In this document: positions 24,283-35,975 of the stretch, in pieces
Position numbering within the stretch: position 1 is the first letter of the stretch
Layout: each line of letters starts with the position of its first letter
Assembly: GCF_018350175.1 (NCBI RefSeq)
Contig: NC_058368.1
Span: 105,092,001 to 105,156,000 of the forward strand
Reading direction: 5' to 3'
DNA: 64,000 nucleotides
Source: Felis catus
Taxonomy: Eukaryota
Program-made: the position numbers and the translations under genes
The notes under the pieces: generated by a model
The model's input: only the letters and a program-made list of their open reading frames with translations
Databases searched by the model: none
Told to the model about the DNA's origin: nothing

Positions 24283-25079
24283 TGTCATAGACTTTGGGTC
24301 TAAAGTTCTCTCTTGTGTAGCAAAAGAACGGGACTCAGGATGAGAAACGAGAGATGGTTAATGTCTGGGAAAAGACAAGAGCTCCAAATAAGGGTACTTG
24401 CCCGTTTTTGTTAGGATCAGAAGACTTACAAACATGGCAATGGATATGCACAAAGAGACAATGAATCTGTGAACATTAACCTGTGGACATGAGGGAAAGA
24501 CGGTCTTAAAGATATTCGGGGTTAGGGGTTTGGGTTAATACAGAACAAAATCCTGATGCTGGGCAGTCTGAAAGAAGGTTGTTTACAGAAGACATGAGGC
24601 ACCACACCTGTTTATCTTAGCTAGCCTAGGGGATGAAACAGGTAGGGGAAGTAACCTCAGAGTTAACAAGGCACCTTTCTTTTGTTAATCATCCCAGCTC
24701 TGGGCTGCTTCACCTGCAACTCAGTGGTCTATAGCCCAATTTACCTGTTTACCTAATTTGGTCCTTTCTTCCTGTTGAAAGCAGCTTTCTGCTATAGTAC
24801 TAAATTGGGGGTGATTCCACCCTGAATATCTAATCTTGTTTGTTTCACATACCTATGTATTGGGCAGCTTTGCGCCCTTATTTTGGGGCCTTTGCCCCTC
24901 CCTCTCTATTGTGGGGGCTCTGTACCTTTCTATTTTTGGTGCCTTTGCACCTCAGTGTTCTTGGGGTGCCAATCCTGTTTACCCAAACTCAGGTGTGAGC
25001 ATCCTATGGCTTTGAATTTCTTCATGCCTTGTTAATCCATTGGTATAAACTCAGGGAATTTCTAAGCTTATTCCCCACA
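24283..25079 (-). mobile_element. Endogenous retrovirus solo LTR, 797 bp, probably class II (ERVK/betaretrovirus-like)
   Basis: Minus strand starts TGTGGGGAATAAG and ends CTATGACA; perfect 6 bp TSD CACCAC at 24277-24282 and 25080-25085; degenerate tandem repeats in the putative U3. Confidence 0.85.
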
Positions 25080-25504
25080 CACCACACTGATGTCTCATGT
25101 TGATTCCTACTTCTAGGAGAGCAAAATCTTCTGTCCCCTGCATTGAACAAGTACCAATGGAGCTGACTGTCTTTCCTACCTGTCATTTGCTTTTAACTCC
25201 CGTTCACATCAAGTTCCAAAGTGCTGTCTTCTTAGTGAAGGACAATGATGAAGATATGACCTACGGGTTAAAGATGTGACTTGTTTGTCAAGTTCAGACT
25301 CTGGTATATGGAGTTGAGAACTCTTTCCTGTTATTCAGTGGCCTAGTATTAGCACTTTGGTAAAGGAAATAGGTGAACTTTTATCACACGTCTGTTGTCT
25401 CCTGTCTTTATCCCAACTGAATCTTCTGACCTCTCCTTCAATGTTCTATGTACTTCAGAAAGGTTATAGAAACCTTTCAAAATCCTTGTCCATTTGTGCA
25501 AGCA

Positions 25505-25532
25505 ACACACACACACACACCCAAATACACAA

Positions 25533-25579
<47 letters not shown>
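25505..25579. repeat. (CA)n microsatellite
   Basis: Short (AC) run, an interruption, then a perfect (AC)20 at 25539-25578. Confidence 0.95.
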
Positions 25580-25581
<2 letters not shown>

Positions 25582-25939
25582 TACATATTTAGTGCTGGGT
25601 GGAGAGCCTGGTGCAGAGGAAATACTCAAGTGAATGAATTCAGTGGATACTTGAAAAAATAAAGGAATAACTAATGAAATGAACTACACTGAAGTATGAA
25701 AGAATATGAAGGAAGATTTCAGTGAATTTTCAGGCTGATCAGGATGTTTTGATTTGTTATTGGTTTATGAAGGTAAACATGAATGTTCATCATTCTTTGG
25801 GATAGAGAGATTAAGACGGATGTCTCTTCTAAGTTAAATAAACACATTATTACATACAAAAATTTCAAAATAATTTCTAAGCCATAGCTACAAGGTGATT
25901 TGTAATTCTGTGAATGTACTTAGATTAGTGAGTACAAAG

Positions 25940-26100
25940 TATTTTAAATATAAATATATTCTAAAAATAAATTATATGTAAACCACCAGTTTGTATATAA
26001 TTATATATAAATTATATATAAAAATTATATATACATACATTATATATAAATCACCAGTTAATATATATATAAATTATATATAAATCACCAGTAGGTGATT
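25940..26100. repeat. AT-rich minisatellite-like tract with three aa(t/c)caccagt anchors
   Basis: Anchors at 25981-25990, 26049-26058 and 26083-26092 separated by TA-rich spacers. Confidence 0.7.
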
Positions 26101-26739
26101 ACTGCTAAACTTCATAGTTTTAAGACTGTGATTCTCCAATTATATTTCATATCAGAGTTTTAAGTATTTTCCTTACCTTTTCTTTAACACTTTGTTTCCC
26201 TTGCTGGTATATACTTTACCAAGAAATAGTAAAACTATACAGAAATAATGATCTTAAGTGTTATAATAGTAAATCAATCTTGCTGAATATTTTCCTAGTC
26301 TAGATCATATGAAAAACAATATGTGAAAAAGCACTTATATGGAAATACCCTATATTAGTAAGATGTGATTATTATTAATCCATCATAAAATAAGAAATAC
26401 ATTCTGAATTATATACCAATTATAGGCAAAGGTACACCTGAATTGAGTAGTGTTAGAAGCCCTCAAAAATCTACCACACTTCCCTACTATGTAGTACTCA
26501 TGGCATCTGAAAGGCACTGATCCTACTCCCAGTTCTAAGGATGGGTTCTAAGAGATCTTTTTCCCACCGCGACAGTGCTTGGTTTGGGGGAGAACATAGA
26601 GTTTGTATTTAAGCTAATCAATATTTTCCCAGTGGCACCTGGGGAAAACAAAACCCCCAAACATTTCCCTAGCCATAGTGACCCAGCTATTTCAAATTTC
26701 CCAATGAGAAGAAAACATTGGACTTTTGTCACCTCAGCA

Positions 26740-27007
26740 GTGGACACAAAGTCACCTCAAGTCCTAGTCACTACTGGAGGCCGTTCTCTGCCCAAGAAGA
26801 AAACAAGCCCTCAGAAGAGGCCAAGGCAGTTAATAAAAGACTGGTGAGATGGAAACATACTGTGTGCTGATAACATCACTGATTGATCTTGAAGAACATT
26901 TAACCTCTGGACTTTCTAGTCACATGAGTGTGCAAATTCCCTTATGAGTTAACTCCTATGAGTTCCCTCTTCCGGTACGTGTAGCTGAAAGTATCCTGCA
27001 GAGTACA
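26740..27007 (+). mobile_element. Old MaLR LTR 3' part (MLT1I/J/K-like)
   Basis: ctgataacatcact...acctctggactttctagtcacatgag...aaattccctt...gtagctgaaagtatcctgcagagtaca. Confidence 0.55.
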
Positions 27008-27435
27008 ATATCCACCAAAACATGGCTATCCATTTGACTGTGAGCCAGGAGAAAATCCTGATGAAGATGGCTTTTCTGATACAAGCCTTCTTAGGTTTCC
27101 CTACTGTCACCTTGTTTGCTTTTACTGACTCGTGACTAAATTTTTTACGGGAAGTATAAGAAAATTATTAACTAAAGAAAATATAATGTTTGGATACATT
27201 ATATTTACTTTTAGTGCTAACAAATCTCTAAGAAATTTTAATACAGACACAAAGGTCATGGATTCTACAGAGCCTAAAATAGCAAAGCATGAGAAAAACA
27301 TGAAGGATTGTAAGGAAAGCAATGAATGTAAGCAAAAGAATAAATGAGGATTGTGCTGTAAGTTAAACAATTGGGTTTCCTAGGTAAAAATCCAAAAAAA
27401 AAAAAAAAAAAAAGAAAAGAAAAATGTAAATGCAA

Positions 27436-27620
27436 AGATTAGGTTTTTATTGGTTGGAAGCAATAGAAGCCAATTCTGGCTAAGAAAAGACAAAGGGAAT
27501 GAATTGGTGTTTTACTAGGGCTCATGAAATCAGCCGAGGCTGCAGTTAGGGTTAGGAATGGGTAGCAATAAAGGGCCATTCCAGACACTAGGAAGCAGGA
27601 CTCATACTAAGGACAATCCA
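27436..27620 (-). mobile_element. Old MaLR (MLT1K/L-like) LTR fragment
   Basis: ttggttggaagcaatagaagccaattctggctaag...agggaatgaattgg. Confidence 0.4.
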
Positions 27621-27939
27621 AGTCAGAATGTAGCTATTTAAGGGAGGTGACAAGATGGAGGTGGGTGGTGACCTGAATGAAAGTCATTTCAGCGGAGACT
27701 ATGAACCTTTGTTTGGAGGACATTAGAGAGGAATAGAAAAATAAGTGACTGTTTTTGATGAATTTTTCTATGAAGGGAAGCACAGAAAGATATTAGATCA
27801 AGAGAGGTTTTCTTATTTTTTAATGTTACTACTTAGTAAATTTCTATGATGATGAGACTAAACCATTGGCTAGAACACTCTACCCTGCAAGTGTCCCTAG
27901 GCTGGTTCCTTTTCCTCCTTTCTATCTCATTCTTACATT

Positions 27940-28160
27940 ACTTCCTGCTCTTGATCATATTTTCTTGTTTCATCTTCTCTACACTGCTTGTCCCTATCTG
28001 AAAATATCTTCTTCATTTGTTTGGTTACCTTCACCAACTGAAATACGAAACTAAGAAGAACAGCAACTTTGTCTTTCTTAGTATTGTACCACCAGCATCT
28101 AGAAAAATGCCTGTCACAGAGCATACTCTCAGGACATCTTTGTGGGATAAATAAGTAAAT
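27940..28160 (+). mobile_element. L2 3' end
   Basis: gcaactttgtcttt...caccagcatctagaaaaatgcctgtcacagagcatactctcaggacatctttgtgg. Confidence 0.6.
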
Positions 28161-29137
28161 CGATAACTAGAAATTCAGTGGTTTCTTTCATTCTGGTATC
28201 ACCTGTTTGAGATTCAAAGTCTCAGGATCAAGTTGCCAAAGAGCCAATTGCAGACCCTTTGCCTGGACAGGGCCTGCCTTGTCTTGGGTTCTATGTTGGG
28301 GGCTGATTGCCTGAATTTACTGTCTTTTTACAACTGAATGTGAGAGGAGAAAGGCAATTCCACAGGGAAACCTGACACTATTTGGGATCCCCAAATGACA
28401 AATGCTTACTGCAGTACCTAACTGTAAGGAAGAAAAAGGAATGTTTACTTCCTGCCATAAAAAAAAAGCCATAAATGAAAAGTTTACACTCCTACTCACC
28501 ATTGAACAGCTTTCAAATTTATTCCTGTGTTTCCTGAGGAAAGACTTTAGGACCAACTGGTAGGTGAGTCTTTCCGTTCACACAGATAAACTTTCCCCTC
28601 CATTAAAACAGGTTGGACGCCTAGAGATAATTAGACCCACTGTGTCAAGCAATCAGCAAACAGTGAAGAGGTCACAAAAAACAATGACAAGAGAGCTGGA
28701 TAATTCTTGAGAGAAACAAAGGAAAGCCTTTGCAATCAGTAGAAAGATGCTTTGGTTGTTCTGGTTCATGGATTGATGTGTACTTGTTTCTGTGATGTTC
28801 CTTTGGTTTCTGTCTCATCTTCTCCCTCTCCCCTTGTCCTCTCCTAACAAAGACACACCCAGACTCTCAGACATGGGCACAGTCACCTTGAGTCCAACAC
28901 CCAAGGTGAAAGCTTAGTGAACCTCCTTGGGTCAGCTCTGTGAGAGCGGTCATTTATCTCCACAGGATTGTATCACTGGAAGAGGAATAACTATGAGGTT
29001 TTTCTGTTTGCTTTCCTTTGTTTATTTACTTGGATACCTGGGATCTGTTCAGTCAGAAGAACCCTTTGGAAATCTAAGATCTGCTTCCTTTACTCTTTTC
29101 CCAATAGGACATTCATGCCTACTAGAACCATAACCTT

Positions 29138-29252
29138 GATAGAATGATCAGCTCCATGAGAACATGGACAGTATCAGTTTCATTTATGCCTAGAACCATT
29201 CCTAGCAGACAATGGGTTTTCAAAAAAAATATGTGGCAAACAAGTGAATAAA
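29138..29252 (+). mobile_element. L2 3' end
   Basis: tagaatgatcagctccatgagaacatggac...gcctagaaccattcctagcagac. Confidence 0.6.
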
Positions 29253-31321
29253 CAGTTAAAAGTGAGGGGACTGATGAAGGCCAAAGGGCTATATCCCCAG
29301 CAGGGACTGTAAAGACCTCCATGGTGGCTTTCTTTCCGCTCTACAGCTGCACCACTTCTGTATCACTATCTGTTCGAGCTCTTTCCTCATTGCTATGTTT
29401 CCTCTTCTGCCCTCCTTTCTGGTCTTACTGGCACTTACTCATCAAAGCTGTAGAAGTCTTCCTGATAGGCGGTAGCACAAGAGCACATAAAGTATGTATA
29501 AGCATTAAGATGCCTTCTTGTTGTATGCGTATATATGATTTCTGATTCTAGGGAAAGATGCATTTTTGACGGATCACAAAGTGACTTTGAAAAAGGTCTG
29601 TAGTAGTCTATAAGAGCCCTGAGGAGCTTCTAGTTTTTTTTAGTTTAAAATATTGTTGCTGGTGGGAGCACGGATGATTTATATACATTTCTAGAAGTTT
29701 TGTTAAAACACTCCTTTTTTTCCTTGAAACTACAGGGCAAATCATAGTTTTTCTTAAAATTCAGTCCAGCTTTTAAAAATGAGACCATTTCAAGGACTTT
29801 CATGCATAGAGACTTTTCCTTAACTTAATCATAAAAACCAGGATCATTTTGTTGTTGTTGATATTTAGCTTGTTCACAAGAATTCTGCAGACCGATATGT
29901 CTTCAATAAACCTGCTAAGTTCTTCACCACCTCCTTCCGAAATCCTTCTCTGATAATATTCATTTACGGAGGATTAACAGTGGAAAAGTCACTTTGTTTT
30001 TCAAGGACTTTTCGAAAGACTGTTTTTGTACCAGCCATATCTCCCCACCTCTCTTTTTGATCAGTGAGATGTAAGATAAGATTAATAACCATTATAAATA
30101 ATTAGTGCTTACACTGCCTTTCACCAGCCATCACTGAGATGACCTTCTTTTCATAAATTGGTATGAACCAACTACATGTTGAACATCTGCACATTCCTCT
30201 AAGGTGCACTTAAATATAATCCACCTTGTGGTTTTTTTTTTTTTAATAAGATAGGCTAAGGGAACATAACAGGACATTAGAGTTGGAAGGGATGACAGAA
30301 ACAACTCACGTAAGTCCTCTGTAAATAAAAACCCCAAGGTGTAAAGAGAAAGGTAAGATTTTCTATATTCCACAGAGGCTATACACTGCATACAAAGCCA
30401 ATACCCAATCTTTGTATTTCCACACCTACCTAGTTAGTGGTGATTTTTCCACCCAGAGCACCCATAGCTCCATAGTTTATAATTTTGCTCATAGTTACAC
30501 TTTGTAGCTAGTTAAGTCCAACTATCTTCACTACTATTGCAATTATTTGATCCAATTTGCTCTATCTCTAGAAACAAATTCTGTGATTGGAAAAACCACA
30601 GTCTGTTATTTTGAGATGGGCTGTGTGATGAGGTTTGGGTAAGCCTAGGACATAAGGGATCCAAACCCCGGAGTGATTCTGATCATTAGACTGCCGAAGT
30701 CCTACATGTACTTCCTGCCAGAGCAGTAAGAGGAGTAAGTAAGAATACGGGCTAACCAGGGTCCACAAATACGTCCAAGGAGAGTTGTAACAACTGTCTG
30801 GGAGAAAATGGCTCTTGCCTTCAGACAAGCAAAGGAAAGAAGGAGGAGTGGTGCAGATGAGCTATGACAGTGAGCAGAATGCCAGCTAAGCAGGCACAAT
30901 TTACCACCTCTGCCATCCTGCATCAGGAAAGAAGCCTTAGTTAGGAGGTGGCCAGGTGGGATCTTCTGTCTGGGGTCTATGGGTCCCAGGTAAAGAATAT
31001 CATCACAAGCTGGGGGTAGTCTGTGCCAAAACTACTGCTAGCCTGTAAACCCATCCGTTTCTGTGTATGCACCCCTCTTAGACAAGCAGTGAGACCGTCA
31101 GCACTGATTCTAGATGCAAACAGGCCATGGCTTGAGCACAAAACCACTGCTTCTGGCCCACTTTGAATGCGTTTTCCAGAAATGATGAATATGTGGTGAT
31201 TCCTCATGAATACTCATGCCTGGATCTGATTTGTGAAATGTTGTGAGGGGTTACTGTGGCTTTGTAATTGAGTTTTTTTTTTTCCTTTGGGAAGTTAACT
31301 GTTCTTCCCGCAGCCATTGTG

Positions 31322-31334
31322 GTTGCCTAGCAAC
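31322..31334. promoter_or_regulatory. RFX X-box motif GTTGCCTAGCAAC
   Basis: Exact match to the canonical palindromic RFX motif, in non-repeat sequence; function untested. Confidence 0.55.
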
Positions 31335-31654
31335 AGGAAACAGTAGAGCAGTAACAGGGATTCTGAAACTAAGGCATGGAGATAGTTGATGTCTGTCCCA
31401 TGGACAGGGTATCCCAGTGGCCCTGACGAGATGGGAGAATGTTACAGCAAGAAATCTGTGGCCCCAGGGTATGAAACCCCAGGGAGAAGCAGGTGAGTTC
31501 CCAGGTCCTTCTGTCCCAAAGAATTCTTGGAAATTTCTAGATAGAGTGGACTTTACTCAGTGCTTCAAAGGAAACCTTTCTTTAAAGCCTGGGGAAAAAT
31601 ATCAAACAGTCTTTTCACCTGTTCCAGGGAAATGACCCCTTTCTTTGAACGGTG

Positions 31655-31716
31655 CTTTCATAGGGCAGGGTCTGACATACAATAGGTATTCAATAAATAT
31701 TTGTTGAATGAATAAA
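31655..31716 (+). mobile_element. L2 terminal fragment
   Basis: gtctgacatacaataggtattcaataaatatttgttgaatgaataaa. Confidence 0.65.
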
Positions 31717-33537
31717 ATGTCCCTTACTTGCTCTTCTCAGAATCACATACTCACCCCAACCATTTTATTGGCATTGAAGGGGAAGGCTGAGAACCACTGT
31801 AATGAAATGTCACCTTCACTGCTCCCTTGCCAGGAGATATCCACAAAAGAAGCTAGGTCATTCCAATGCTCCTCAAATAAAAACCCAAACCAACTCTGGC
31901 TACACATATGGAAGTAAAATTTACCTTTATAACTGATCTACAGTTAATCACTGGAAAATCTGCATGTTGGGACATTACTCATTTTCCCTTCAAATATAGA
32001 AATATCTTGTCAATTAGCATTTTCTTTTAAGCCTAGCATAGGAGATGACCACGCCTCCCCTGTAGAAAGAGGTGGACTGTGGAGGATGGTGTCCTGTGAT
32101 ATGTACACATGTAACTGTAGTACTGCTTAGGCTTTAAAACGTATTTTTATTGCATGAAAGGTGTGGGTCTTGTTTTTATTTGTTTTTAACCTTGGGTCTA
32201 TGGACCACAGATGTTGTGGGATATTCACAAATCCCCCCAAACTTTACGTGAAATGTTTTTTCTAGGTGCAGAAGTTCTGTGACCTTCAAAAGATGAACAA
32301 TCTTTGGGAGGAGGGAGTCTTTTGTCTGCTAAAGAAAATGAAATTTATCAAACACCTATGTTCTTTTAATTTCCCTGAACACAGCACCTAAAGAGATAAT
32401 ATGTCAATGTGCTGACAATAGGAGAGGTGAACATAATGTTACCAACTGAAGAGAAAATGCCCTGTGATTAACAACTTTGAAATGAACAGCCAAGTGTACA
32501 ACCAGCAGGGAAACCAAGTAAAAAGCAGGACTTTGCTCTCACTGCAAATTATCATTGGTGTTTTTGTTCTCCTGGTATATGGAACTGAGTGTTCTGTGCA
32601 AGTAGAGAGCAGGGCTTTGATGTAGGACACAGCTGAGGACATGCTACCTTGGTTAACACTTAGATGGGTTCAGTCTAGCTTCTTCACTTCTAAGCAGGAG
32701 CAAAATGGTCACATGTGCCTGGTCGTCTGCCCTACTTTTCTCTCCCCTCTTCTTCTCAGGCCCTTGGGGGAAATCCTGTCTATAGTTTATAGACATCAAA
32801 TGGGAATTTGCTCCTCTGCTTCTCTGAGAAAAGAAGGTTAGGCCTTGGATGCAATTAACCCAGGGACTAAAAAAAGGCATTTTCCCAGGAAATTCTTCCC
32901 CATAAGATTCGGCTGCTCAGTAGCTGTTTCCAAACCAGTTTTATCAACATCTGTTCATCACACGGACTAAGTGGTAACTGATCACTACTCCAACACAAAC
33001 AAACAAACAGTGTACAAAGTTTGGACAACAGATAGATATTTCACTTAAAGGAAGGAAATACTTAACTTCTTATCAATTACTAAGAAAAAAAATTACTGTA
33101 AAGCCGAAATGTCATATTAATACTCCCTGCTGATAGAAATTTAAAGAATTTTCTCAGTTTTTCCATGAACCCTGAAGTAAAACAAAACCAGTGCAATAAA
33201 AACAAGCTTCATAAACACATTTGTTAATTCTAATTTGTTTTCTCTCAAGGCTAATAGGCTTTCTAAAGCTTTTTTCTCCTGAATTATGTTATAAACATGA
33301 CTTGTGCTGTGTATGCCGAGTAGCTATGGTTACTCTGAGGCCATGACTCATGACCTTTAAATATTATTGTCAGGCAGCCAAAGCTCCTTCACTTTTAAAT
33401 CAGTAGTTTTGCTTCAGGCATTATTAAAAGAAGGTGGTTTCAGTTGAACATTTGTTGTACATCTGAAGATGCACTTAAGGGTACTGTACCCACAATGTTT
33501 TGTTTGTTTGTTTTTGTTTTTGTTTTTATTTTTTTGG

Positions 33538-33995
33538 CTTCATTCAGTGACCAACTATTAATTTCTTGCTTGGTATATCATTGGGTGAATGAAAAATAAA
33601 CAAGGATATTCCTTGTCCTCGAGGAGATGTCACTGAGATGTACAAAAACATAGGTAGACAAATAATTATTTACATGATTAAATGGCATCAGGGTTTGAAG
33701 AGACAGATATCCAAATACTGCTTGTGGACACAGGGGCAAGAAACAGTTTTGATTGGTAGGATCAAAGAAACGTCAGGAAGAGCCAGAATTTGAGTCATGG
33801 AATGAAGAACAGGTAAGATTTTCACAAACAGAGAAGAGAGTAAGAGCACTCTTGTCTGAGGAAACAACCAACGAAAAGGATAAACATATATTCTGGAAGT
33901 ATTGAGGAGTACAGTTTGATGAAAGTGGCATTTTTGCAAGATCCACTGATAGATGATAAAATTAGATGGTAAGAGGGGGCAGTTTATTAAGGTCC
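33538..33995 (-). mobile_element. L2 fragment
   Basis: ttcattcagtgaccaactatt...ccttgtcctcgaggag...gagtcatggaatgaagaacaggtaagattt. Confidence 0.5.
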
Positions 33996-34399
33996 TTCAA
34001 AACCATTTGTTGGTTTGCTCGGCAATATGATGGCAAAACTTTGTTTTCCATTTCGTGATAAAGAGATACTGTCAAGTACAAAGCACCAAAATACTGGTTT
34101 TTGCTGATTTGATATGATGTGAGAAGAGCAATTACATCTCTCAAAACCCCAGTGTGTCCTTCCACTGAGTGGGAATCTAATTAACTTTGTTCAATTGTCA
34201 CTGATTACTTTGCGAACATTTTAAATGGTTTTATATGGTTTTGAAAAGTGAGAGACGTGCACAATAACATGGAAAAAAATAACACATTCGCGAGGGAGAT
34301 AGTAGGACAGAAAATAATAAAAGTACCCTAGGATTTTAGAGTAAGGCTTATTGGTTGACAGCAGAAGAACAAGACTTATTAAGACTAGATATTTACTAA

Positions 34400-35975
34400 A
34401 TCATCCATGGATTCATTCATTCATAAATAAATATTTATGGACCATTCTAGTCTTCTTCAAGATGCTAGAGAAAGGGTAACAAACTAGAAAAAAAATCTCT
34501 ATCTTCAAGAGCTTTGTACTTTCAAGTGGGAGGAGGCACAATAAATATAATAAACAAACAAGTTCCACAGGATGCTAGAAGGTGGTAAGTACAGCAAAGA
34601 AAAATTAAACAAGGTGATGAGGATGGAGAGAAGGTGGAGAGGTCAATTTTAAAGGAGGCACATATGGGAGGCCTCAGCGAGAAAGCATATTTGCACAAAG
34701 ACAAGAAGGGAGTGGAAAAGAGCCAAGCAGGCAAGTATGGAGTACGTGTTCCTGGCAGAAGGACTTGAAATGGGAGCCTAGATGAGAAGGTTGAGGAACA
34801 GCAAGGAAGCCAGCCTGACTGACTGAGGAGAGTATCAGATGAATTCAGAGAGGCAAAGGTGGACTTGTATGGGAAGGGGAAGGAGGGAGTAGGAAGTCCT
34901 ACAGTACATGGGAAGGGTGGTTTGGTGAGACCTGTAGGGCCTCATACGCCATTGTACAGGTTTTGGCTTTTATTCTGAGTGAAATGAGATCCCGTACTTT
35001 GAGCAGAGGAGTGAAATGATGTTCGTTATTGTAGGTGTACTGAAAATAGAATGTAGACAGTACCATCTTGGAGGTTCATGCAGTAATCCAGGCAAGAGCT
35101 GACAGTAGCTTGAGGCTTGAACTAGGGTGTTAAGAGAAGATGGTAAGAGTTGGTCGGATACTGGATATAGTTTGATTGTAGAGCCAAGAGTGTCCTGTTA
35201 AAATTGCTTATGGGATCTGACACAGAAAGAGAGTCAAGGTGTCAGCCTGAGCAAGTGGAAGGATATTGTCATCATCAACTAAGATGGGGAAGAGTGTGAG
35301 CAGAAGATTGGGGGTAAGAATTAGGAGGTAGGTTAGAAAATGTTGAAACTTGAGATATCTATTAGGCATCCAGTGGAGATGTCAAGAAGGCAATTGCACG
35401 AATGAATCTGGAATTCGAGGGAGAAGTGTGGAAATGTGTCCTTGGCAGTGATCGGCATATTGATGAACTTAAAGCCATGAGGATGGGTGACATCGACAAT
35501 GGAGCGGATATGGGTAGAGGAGAGAGGAAGCCTGGGAACATGCCGAAAGTGAGAGCTCAGAGAGAGACAAAGAACCATTGAAGCAAACTGAGAAGGAGCA
35601 GCAAGTGGGACAGGAAGAAAACCTGGGACCTTAGGAAGCCAAGTGAAAAGAGCATGTCAAGGAGGAAGTGATGAATCATGTCAAAACCTGTCATGTAATG
35701 TGAAATGTGACAAATGATCATAGCAGTAACAGCGATGTGGAGATCGCTGATGAACTAAGTGCAATTTATATGGGTGGTACTTAGGAGAATGTGAATGGAG
35801 CTGCAAGGAGGGAAGGAATTAGAGACAATGAGGATACAGCTTCGTTATAAAGGGGGTCAGAGTAATCAAGCAGAAAGAAAAGGGTTAAGAGACCTCGAGA
35901 TGCAATAAATAACAGCATGTTTGTAAACTACTGGGAATGATCCCAGAAAGAGAGATTGATTGAGAAACAGTGTAG
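34400..35975 (-). mobile_element. Long L2 (L2a-like) fragment, ~1.6 kb
   Basis: (TTCA)n tail and aaatatttat, then ttttggcttttattctgagtgaaatg, gcagtaatccaggcaagag, gagatatctattaggcatccagtggagatgtcaag, aaactgagaaggagcagc. Confidence 0.85.

Noticed and set aside
24518..24537. Telomere-like ggggttaggggtttgggtta
   Set aside because: Only one exact TTAGGG, inside an LTR; too short to call an interstitial telomeric repeat.
25981..26100. CRISPR-like repeat-spacer layout
   Set aside because: The repeats are only 10 bp, the spacers are (TA)n low complexity, the context is mammalian and there are no cas genes.
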